DNA from: Armatimonadota bacterium
GTDB lineage: Bacteria; Armatimonadota; UBA5829; JAUSEB01
Length of the DNA: 64,000 nt
Assembly (NCBI GenBank): GCA_030649165.1
Contig: JAUSGG010000162.1
Coordinates: forward strand, 3 to 64,002
Reading direction: 5' to 3'
The notes under the pieces are model-generated. The model searched no databases and had not been told where the DNA came from. It saw only the letters and a program-made list of their open reading frames with translations. Both the position numbers and the translations under genes were made by a program. Numbering within the stretch: the stretch's first letter is position 1; every line of letters starts with the position of its first letter. Positions 57,719 to 64,000 of this stretch are shown here, in pieces.

Positions 57719-60700
57719 GCGTGCTCAAGCCAGAGCGGTTAGATCAAGAAAGATTCCGCGCCAAACTTCAGCAGTTAGTTCAGGACTTCGAAGCGGCCTA
57801 CAACGCCAACCCGAGCATTAACCACGACACCGTGCACCACCAATTCGTGGACCGACTCCTGGACATTCTGGGTTGGCCCCTGGATGCCTCCTCCTACCGC
57901 CTGTCCCACAGATTGCCTGATGATGCCGGCATACCGGACGGGATACTCCATTACGGCGCCAACCCCATATGCGCCATCGAAGTGAAGCGTCCCGAGGAAC
58001 CAGCCTCCCATCAGATCCCCGACATTCGAGAAGGTTCCGCCTACGACAGCCGCCAGCTTGCCCACGGACTCCGCGAGAAACTGAGATACGTGATGTACCA
58101 GGGCGCGGCACGCTGGCTGATACTCGTCTCGATGAAGCATCTGCACGTGTTTGACAGCCAGACCAAGCGCTGGGTGATCGCATTCAACTCGACCGCGGAG
58201 ATGGTCAAGCACTGGGAGCGGCTCCTTCTACTGAGCTTTTACTCCGTAACGGAGGAGCAAAGCCTCGACCGACTGGCCCGCAACTACTCCACCCGGCCCG
58301 TGGAGTCACTTATCGAAAGCCTCAATCATTGGCGCCTGGAGTTGGCGCATTCGGTCTGGACGCTGAACCAGACTTTCGAGGACATCAGTCTGGAACTGGT
58401 TCAGGCTGCGGTCAGACGCATGCTTGACCGGCTCATCATCATACAGATTATCGACGATAAGGGGCTCATTGCAGGGCACGCCGGCCTTTTGGATGGTCAG
58501 ATAGACCAGTGGGAGCGCGAGCGTGACGACTCTATCGGCGGCCTTCGCTCTTTCCGCGACCGCCTCGGCAACGTCTTCCAGACATTCAATACGCTCTACA
58601 ACTCGACCATTTTCGAGCCTGATGTGACTGACGATCTGGCCTATGGAGACGAGGCGCTGGTGAGTGTGGCGTCCGGGATAGCAGGGACGGGCTTTAGACA
58701 TCTCGACGCCAGGATCATCGGGACCGCTTACGAGCGATATGCCGGGTACCGCCTGGAGCTTGCGGGCGAGGGATTGCAGCGCCGTATAGACCCACGGTTT
58801 CGGCAAAGCACGGGTACGTTTTACACGCCGGACTACATAGTCAAGTACGTAGTTGGGCGGACTGTGGGCCGTGCGCTGGAGGGGAAGACCCTTGAGGATA
58901 TCCAGGATTTTCGGGTAGTAGATAAGGCCTGCGGGTCCGGCTCGTTCCTCATAGGCGCATTTGACGAGTTGGCGCGGTTCTATGAGTCGGAGCGTCAGCG
59001 ACTGGAGAAGGCGTCGTGGGAAACAGCCGACCCCAAGGAACTCGAACGCATAGCATCGACGCTCAGGCTCGCCGGAGACTACCCCCGCAAGATTCTTGAG
59101 CAGCACCTGTACGGAGTGGATCTGAACCCGGAGGCCGCTGAATTTGCCACGGTGAGCTTGATAGTGCATGCCCTTTCGTACGAGAAGGACAAGGGCAGAG
59201 ACCCGGAGGAGCTTCATCTGCCTCTGATTCTCAATCAGAACATCAAGGTCGGAAACTCACTTGTGTCAGCGTTGGACACGATGTCTGCTGAGGAGCGGGA
59301 GGCTTGGCTGTCGAGCCACGCTGGCAGACTAGCGAAGATTCGGGAAATGCGCGACGGGCTCCGGCGGATTGTGGATCCGGACGAGAAACAGCGGATGATC
59401 GAGGAGATCAAAGATCTGACGGACGAGTTGAACTGGGGCACCGATGGACTGAACCATCGCCTCGCGGACGCCTTCGGCGGAGTCGAGAACGCCCGCGAGG
59501 AACGGCCGTTCAACTGGGAGGTGGAGTTCCCGGAAGTGTTCGACCCAGGAACGGCCCCGAAAAGGCGAGGGTTCGACTGCGACATCGGCAACCCTCCATA
59601 CGTGAACATCAGGCGAATGAGGGACTACGACGCCCGCCAGACGGATTATCTCACCGCGGCGCCCGTGTTCGCCTCGTCAGGCAGCTACGACGTTTACGTA
59701 CTGTTCCTGGAAAGGTCGCTGCAGCTATCTCGCACGTCCGCGGGATTCATCGTCTCGCGCAAGTTCTTCTACCAGGACTATGGCGAGGCCGTCCGAAGAC
59801 TGATGGGCGAGGGAAACCACTTGCGGGAGTTGGTCGATTTCAGCCACCTCCAAGTGTTCCAGGAATCGGATGCGACGACTTACACGTGTGTGGCGATAGT
59901 CGACAAATCCCCGGTAGGCGCGGAGGTGCGTCTCGCTAGGCTGACCCGCTTGGACAAGCAGGGAACGCAAATGGAGAGGATTCGGGTGGCCGGTGGTGTC
60001 GGAGACGAAGGTGTCCGGGCCGATACCGTTCCGGCGGCGCGCTTCGGCGCCGAACCATGGGTTCCTTGTTTCGAGGACGAGCGCGCCGTGATGCGACGGA
60101 TGGAAGAACAGTCCATGCCGCTTGGAGTCGGAGGCGTGGGGGCGCACATCTTCGTCGGAATCCAAACGAGCGCCGACGACATCTACATTTTGGATTACCG
60201 CGGCGAAGAGGGCGACTGTTACATCGTTCGCGCACAGGCATCGGAGCTGAAGCGGGGCGACAGACTTCTCTGGTCTCGGCCCGAGCGAACCGTAAGGATA
60301 GAGAAGGCGCTGCTGAAGCCGCTTCTTAGCGGACAAGATGTGCAAGCATATGGAACTCCTGAGTTGCGGCAGTTGCTGCTGTTTCCGTACGAGCTTCTAG
60401 CATTGTCCGATCAAGAAGGAAACAGCGCTCAACTCATTCCGGCGGGCGAACTTGCGGAGAGATTCCCACATGCAAGCGACTACCTACTGGACTGCGAGCT
60501 TCGACTGAGAGCCCGGGAAGGCGGCAAGTTCGATGATGACCGATGGTACAGAATGGGCAGATCTCAGAATCTGGGCATTCAAGGCGGACGTAAGCTCGTT
60601 GTGCCGAGCCTCGTACAGCACTTTCGGGCGATGGACGACGCCAGCGGTGCGTGGTATCTGGACAACGTGAACGCCATAGGCGTGCGCTTTCCCGCGGACC

Positions 60701-61458
60701 GCGATGCCTATCTGAGGTATCTAGTTCTTCTGAACAGCGGCTGCGTAGATTGGTATCTGCACGTCATCAGCACCCCGTTTAGAGGCGGGTTCTACCAGCC
60801 GAACGGGCAATTCCTCGAAAGAATTCCTATACCTTGTGCGTTAGCAAACCCCGACGGCGGCACATTGGGGCCTGCAGAGTTCGTGAGTCGCGCGGAGCAG
60901 TTGCAGAGACTGACCGCACAAATGCGCGCCTTGTCTGCCGACTTCCGGCGTTTTGTGGGGCACTTGCCGATGGACAGAACGCTCGACGACATTCTGAAGA
61001 AGGTGTCGGTGCGGAACAGGAGTCTGGTGAGCGGACAGAAGAGGCCGGACCATTCGATTCGAGGGGCCGGGGTCAGACGAGACGGCGAGTGGCTTGTGCT
61101 GTGGGCCGCCCTCCGCGACCCAGACGCGGAAGAAGACTACCAGGCGGATATCTACCGCTTCCGTATCGGTGAGCCCGTTGCGAGCTTGTTGGAGCGATTT
61201 CTTCCCACTCTGGGACCTTCGGACTTCTCCAAGAGCCGCAAGCAGAGCGTTCTTGACAGGATTAAGGTGTGCCGAATTCCGAGCGGCCGGGACGACGAGA
61301 TTGGCCAAGCTGTAGAAGCGTACGACCGGGAGAAAGCTCGGGCGGACGAGTTGGACGCCGAGATCGCCGCTGGCCGGGACGCGGTCGATGAGACTTGTTA
61401 CCACCTTTACGGACTCCAGGATGCCGACCGCGAGGTTATGAGGCGCTCCGGCGGGTAG
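57688..61458 (+). CDS. Type IIG/IIL restriction-modification enzyme, MmeI family (second, divergent copy), ~1255 aa
   Basis: PDGILHY...CAIEVKRP (PD-ExK); MLDRLIIIQIIDDKGLI; TGTFYTPDYIVKYVV (motif X); VVDKACGSGSFLIGA (motif I); DIGNPPYV (motif IV); start ATG 57688 or GTG 57721. Confidence 0.85.
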   Translation: MPGSLGAGSISVLKPERLDQERFRAKLQQLVQDFEAAYNANPSINHDTVHHQFVDRLLDILGWPLDASSYRLSHRLPDDAGIPDGILHYGANPICAIEVKRPEEPASHQIPDIREGSAYDSRQLAHGLREKLRYVMYQGAARWLILVSMKHLHVFDSQTKRWVIAFNSTAEMVKHWERLLLLSFYSVTEEQSLDRLARNYSTRPVESLIESLNHWRLELAHSVWTLNQTFEDISLELVQAAVRRMLDRLIIIQIIDDKGLIAGHAGLLDGQIDQWERERDDSIGGLRSFRDRLGNVFQTFNTLYNSTIFEPDVTDDLAYGDEALVSVASGIAGTGFRHLDARIIGTAYERYAGYRLELAGEGLQRRIDPRFRQSTGTFYTPDYIVKYVVGRTVGRALEGKTLEDIQDFRVVDKACGSGSFLIGAFDELARFYESERQRLEKASWETADPKELERIASTLRLAGDYPRKILEQHLYGVDLNPEAAEFATVSLIVHALSYEKDKGRDPEELHLPLILNQNIKVGNSLVSALDTMSAEEREAWLSSHAGRLAKIREMRDGLRRIVDPDEKQRMIEEIKDLTDELNWGTDGLNHRLADAFGGVENAREERPFNWEVEFPEVFDPGTAPKRRGFDCDIGNPPYVNIRRMRDYDARQTDYLTAAPVFASSGSYDVYVLFLERSLQLSRTSAGFIVSRKFFYQDYGEAVRRLMGEGNHLRELVDFSHLQVFQESDATTYTCVAIVDKSPVGAEVRLARLTRLDKQGTQMERIRVAGGVGDEGVRADTVPAARFGAEPWVPCFEDERAVMRRMEEQSMPLGVGGVGAHIFVGIQTSADDIYILDYRGEEGDCYIVRAQASELKRGDRLLWSRPERTVRIEKALLKPLLSGQDVQAYGTPELRQLLLFPYELLALSDQEGNSAQLIPAGELAERFPHASDYLLDCELRLRAREGGKFDDDRWYRMGRSQNLGIQGGRKLVVPSLVQHFRAMDDASGAWYLDNVNAIGVRFPADRDAYLRYLVLLNSGCVDWYLHVISTPFRGGFYQPNGQFLERIPIPCALANPDGGTLGPAEFVSRAEQLQRLTAQMRALSADFRRFVGHLPMDRTLDDILKKVSVRNRSLVSGQKRPDHSIRGAGVRRDGEWLVLWAALRDPDAEEDYQADIYRFRIGEPVASLLERFLPTLGPSDFSKSRKQSVLDRIKVCRIPSGRDDEIGQAVEAYDREKARADELDAEIAAGRDAVDETCYHLYGLQDADREVMRRSGG

Positions 61459-61879
61459 TCTGACGGCCGTGCGCAGGATCCGGGCCGAAGTTCGCTCCGT
61501 CAGCCCCCAACCCGGAACAAATCTCCCTCCCCCATCGTCTATTCACTATTAGTGGTGGACACACGTCGTTAGTCGCCAGTAGCCAGTTCCGGAATGCTGG
61601 AGACTAGCAACCAGCCACCCATCCCTGTTCATCCGGGTTAACCTGCGGTTCAAATACTATGCCATCCGAGGGCCGAAAACCAGGCGGCGTGCCCCGTGCA
61701 AATAAAAAAATCGACAAACGAATTGTTTCTCACGCTCAATCCGTGCGGGAGTTCGTTTGAAAATAACTCGGAATTTACGCACGCGGACGCGCTGTGGCTT
61801 GGTAACAGAATAGTGAAGTGGTCTGATGGAGCAGTGAAGCCAGGCGGGGACGAACATCGGAGGTGTGGAGGGCGCAGAG

Positions 61880-61911
61880 GTTGTTTCGGGACGAGGGCGT
61901 CCCGAAACAAC
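61880..61911. repeat. Perfect 14-bp-stem palindrome related to R3 arms
   Basis: gttgtttcgggacgagggcgtcccgaaacaac. Confidence 0.8.
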
Positions 61912-61951
61912 GCGGCGGGGCGCGATGGCATATCGCGCCCGATCGGAAGAA

Positions 61952-61990
61952 CCCCTCCCCAGCCCTCCCCTGAGAGGAGAGGGGGTTTAG
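61952..61990. repeat. R1 hairpin repeat copy (inverted orientation) followed by (CAACTTT)x3 word repeat
   Basis: cccctccccagccctcccctgagaggagagggggttt ... caactttcaactttcaactctcaacc. Confidence 0.85.
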
Positions 61991-62030
61991 GTCTCTCTCA
62001 ACTTTCAACTTTCAACTCTCAACCTCCCCT

Positions 62031-63059
62031 TCACTTCTCCACAAACCTCCTGGTCTCGATCACGATCCGGGTTTTGCCGTCTTCGGTCTTGGGGAGGATT
62101 TGGACCACGTCGTCTATCGCGTCGCGGGGGCCGGAGATGGTTACGCCGTCGTCGAGCGCGTATTTCTTGCGGTTGGCGTTGCGCTCTGCCCAGTCGTTGT
62201 CCGGGGTGAAGGAGGTGCGGGTGAGGCCCCTCTGCTGCAGGCGGCCAACGTAGCTGTCGCGCAAATCGTCCTGGTCGATCATCCGCTCGGCGATCTTGAG
62301 GATGTCCATCACTTCGTCGGTGACCGCGCTTTCTTTGACGGCTTTGCGCAGGTCGGCGCCGAGCTCTTCGGGTACCAGCTCTTCGTTGTTTTCGAGCCAC
62401 TTGTCGGTCTCGCGGATGACGATCTGGGTCATCTCTTTGGGAGTCTGGACCTCGATGCAGCGGAGCAAGGCGCCGCGCCAGTAGTTGGCGGTGGCTTCGT
62501 CGTCGTCCTTGGAGTATGGAGCGTCGCGGTAGAGGAGGTCGAAAGGCGCGCCGGGGATTTCGGGGTAGTAGATGGCCGTCTTGTTCTGCGGCCTGCCGGG
62601 GTCGGGCAGAACGTGCAGGCGTTCCAGCCGGATCTGGGAGGAGCCGTCCTCCCGCACTAGCCGCCGGTCGAAGACCTGGACCGGGACCATGTTGATCAGC
62701 GCGACGTGCCGCTGGTCGGAGTCCTCGTCCACGAACAGGCAAAAGGCGAGATCGGACCTGACGAGGCTCGTGGAACCGAGTTCCTGGAAGAGCATCCCGG
62801 CGAGGGCTTTGGACTCCTCGATGAAATCGCCTTCGTCTTCGATGACGCGGGAGCAAATCCGGCGAGGGCCGCTTTCGTCGGTGGACTTGCCGAGTTTCAG
62901 GCCGCTCGCTTTGGCGCAGGAGAGGATATGCTCCTGGAAGAAATCGTAGACCTCGGGGGTCAGCTCAAGCTCGACGTCGGCCAATTGCGGCTCGCCGAGA
63001 CGGTTGTCGAGAACGTGGACAACGGCGCTCAGGACGGAGATGTTCTTGATCTTCTCCAC
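62031..63059 (-). CDS. Nucleoid-associated protein, NdpA/YejK-like (tentative)
   Basis: 342 aa, acidic, overall similarity in length and N-terminal pattern to NdpA family; assignment by recollection only. Confidence 0.5.
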   Translation of the reverse strand: MEKIKNISVLSAVVHVLDNRLGEPQLADVELELTPEVYDFFQEHILSCAKASGLKLGKSTDESGPRRICSRVIEDEGDFIEESKALAGMLFQELGSTSLVRSDLAFCLFVDEDSDQRHVALINMVPVQVFDRRLVREDGSSQIRLERLHVLPDPGRPQNKTAIYYPEIPGAPFDLLYRDAPYSKDDDEATANYWRGALLRCIEVQTPKEMTQIVIRETDKWLENNEELVPEELGADLRKAVKESAVTDEVMDILKIAERMIDQDDLRDSYVGRLQQRGLTRTSFTPDNDWAERNANRKKYALDDGVTISGPRDAIDDVVQILPKTEDGKTRIVIETRRFVEK

Positions 63060-63610
63060 TACTTGCCACCTTCGACCAGCGCGCGCCCGGCGGCCTTGAG
63101 TCCTTCAAGCCGCCATTCCCTGTTGAAGCGGGTGGCGGGGACCAGGTCGAACGTTCTGACCCGCAACCACGCGAGGTAGTTCTCGAGGCTTTGCAGGCCC
63201 TTGACCGCTCCGCCGCCGGAGCCGCCGGCCGCCGCTATGGCGATGACGGGCTTGTCCTTTAGAACCGACTTCTCCTCGTGCGGCCACTCGCAGCGGCGCA
63301 AACGGTCGAGGAAGTTCTTGGCGGTCTCGCTCACATCGTGGAAGTAGACCGGGGTGGAGATGATCAGCGCGTCGGCGGCGTTCATCTTGTCTCGCAGCGG
63401 CTGAAACTGGTCTTCCTGCTCGCAGAGGCCCTCTTTGCAGCATCTGCCCCAGCCGTCGCCGCAGACCCGGCAGGAGCCGATGCCGAGTTGGTTCAAGTGA
63501 ACCAGTTCGACTTCCGCGCCCGCGGACCGGGCGCCCTCCAGCGCCGCCTGCGCGAGGGAGCTGGTGAGTCCGTCAGTGTTGGCGCTTGCTTGGATTGCCA
63601 ATACTTTCAT
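63059..63610 (-). CDS. Flavodoxin-fold NADPH-dependent FMN reductase / iron-sulfur flavoprotein-like
   Basis: MKVLAIQASANTDG..., Cys cluster CRVCGDGWGRCC, flavodoxin-like core; stop overlaps upstream gene start by 1 nt. Confidence 0.65.
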   Translation of the reverse strand: MKVLAIQASANTDGLTSSLAQAALEGARSAGAEVELVHLNQLGIGSCRVCGDGWGRCCKEGLCEQEDQFQPLRDKMNAADALIISTPVYFHDVSETAKNFLDRLRRCEWPHEEKSVLKDKPVIAIAAAGGSGGGAVKGLQSLENYLAWLRVRTFDLVPATRFNREWRLEGLKAAGRALVEGGK

Positions 63611-63670
63611 GCGTAGGTCTCCTGTTGTTAGTTGTTAGTTGCCGACCCCACGCCAGCCCTGAATGGGGAG

Positions 63671-63878
63671 GGCGTAGGTTGGTTAGCCCTGCCATTATAG
63701 CGCATGTTAGGGTTGTAGGGTTATAGGGTGGAGTCGAAGGAGTCGAAGGAGTCGAAGGAGTCGAAGGAGTCGAAGGAGTCGAGGGGCGGGAGACCTTCGG
63801 TCCGGTCTGGTGCGGGGTCAGGAGACCCGTGCACAGCGGCAGGGGCGTAGGTTGGTTAGCCCTGCCATTATACCGCAT
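63671..63878. repeat. 36-bp direct repeats flanking a (GGAGTCGAA)x5 tandem array and R4 hairpin element
   Basis: ggcgtaggttggttagccctgccattata at 63671-63700 and 63842-63872; ggagtcgaa x5 at 63721-63765; tgcggggtcaggagacccgtgcacagcg at 63811-63838. Confidence 0.85.
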
Positions 63879-63924
63879 GGCGCGGTTGAGTTTAAGTGTG
63901 GTAATATTAGGAGAAGATCAAGGA

Positions 63925-64000
63925 ATGGCTCAACCTATGTGGCACAGCTTAAGGTTTCGGCTTGTTGCGACGTTAACCCTGCTTCTGGCGCTTGCCTTTG
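63925..64000 (+). CDS. 5' end of a gene encoding a secreted/membrane protein (continues beyond window)
   Basis: AGGAGAAG RBS, ATG 63925, MAQPMWHSLRFRLVATLTLLLALAF signal-peptide-like start. Confidence 0.5.
   Translation, partial: MAQPMWHSLRFRLVATLTLLLALAF

Noticed and set aside
43743-61458. BREX system (PglX-like methyltransferases)
   Set aside because: Both large proteins carry an N-terminal PD-(D/E)xK nuclease domain and no brxA/B/C, pglZ or brxL genes are present; MmeI-type type IIG fits better
61560-61660. tRNA-like structure in the 61.5-62.0 kb gap
   Set aside because: No convincing cloverleaf, T-loop GTTCGA or anticodon stem could be drawn by eye; left as possible sRNA only
62005-62856. 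283-aa minus ORF overlapping NdpA-like gene in another frame
   Set aside because: Poly-Arg nonsense composition; alternative frame of a gene with coherent sequence

Overview
High-GC (about 62-64%) bacterial chromosomal segment. Many of the six-frame ORFs are antisense or frameshifted shadows of the real genes. Taxonomy is uncertain, but the ACIII + cbb3 respiratory locus, a PEP-CTERM protein, Tat signals and a dense load of intergenic hairpin repeats suggest an environmental diderm (PVC-, Acidobacteria- or Bacteroidetes-like).

Gene content, 5' to 3':
- A complete-looking IS element with a DDE transposase and about 18-bp terminal inverted repeats.
- msrBA fusion, trxB, and a secreted PLD-family Nuc-like endonuclease.
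- A minus-strand respiratory supercluster: a cbb3-type oxidase operon (ccoN; ccoO fused to an extra cytochrome c domain; three small membrane subunits; a stand-alone lipoprotein cytochrome c) directly downstream of an Alternative Complex III operon in the order actB-actC-actD-actF-actA, with no actE.
- On the plus strand, a COG2836/DsbD_2-like membrane protein and a CcoI-type Cu P-type ATPase.
- A DevBCA/MacAB-type tripartite efflux operon (TolC, HlyD-family adaptor, FtsX permease, ABC ATPase), then lnt.
- An orphan radical-SAM/SPASM enzyme, hisI, a GH20 hexosaminidase, an OmpR-type response regulator, a CBS-GGDEF diguanylate cyclase, hisD-hisB-hisA and several secreted hypotheticals.
- An accessory/defence-like island at about 43.4-61.5 kb. 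It holds two different MmeI-family type IIG/IIL restriction-modification enzymes (PD-(D/E)xK nuclease, gamma-class N6-adenine MTase and TRD in one >1,200-aa polypeptide). One is co-operonic with an unknown 286-aa protein. Also here: a truncated HAD hydrolase, two tandem 825-aa secreted paralogs, solitary selB and a PEP-CTERM protein.
- An NdpA-like nucleoid protein and an iron-sulfur flavoprotein close the window.

At least four families of dispersed hairpin/MITE-like repeats and short tandem word repeats fill the intergenic space. Several invade gene ends and remove canonical start codons.
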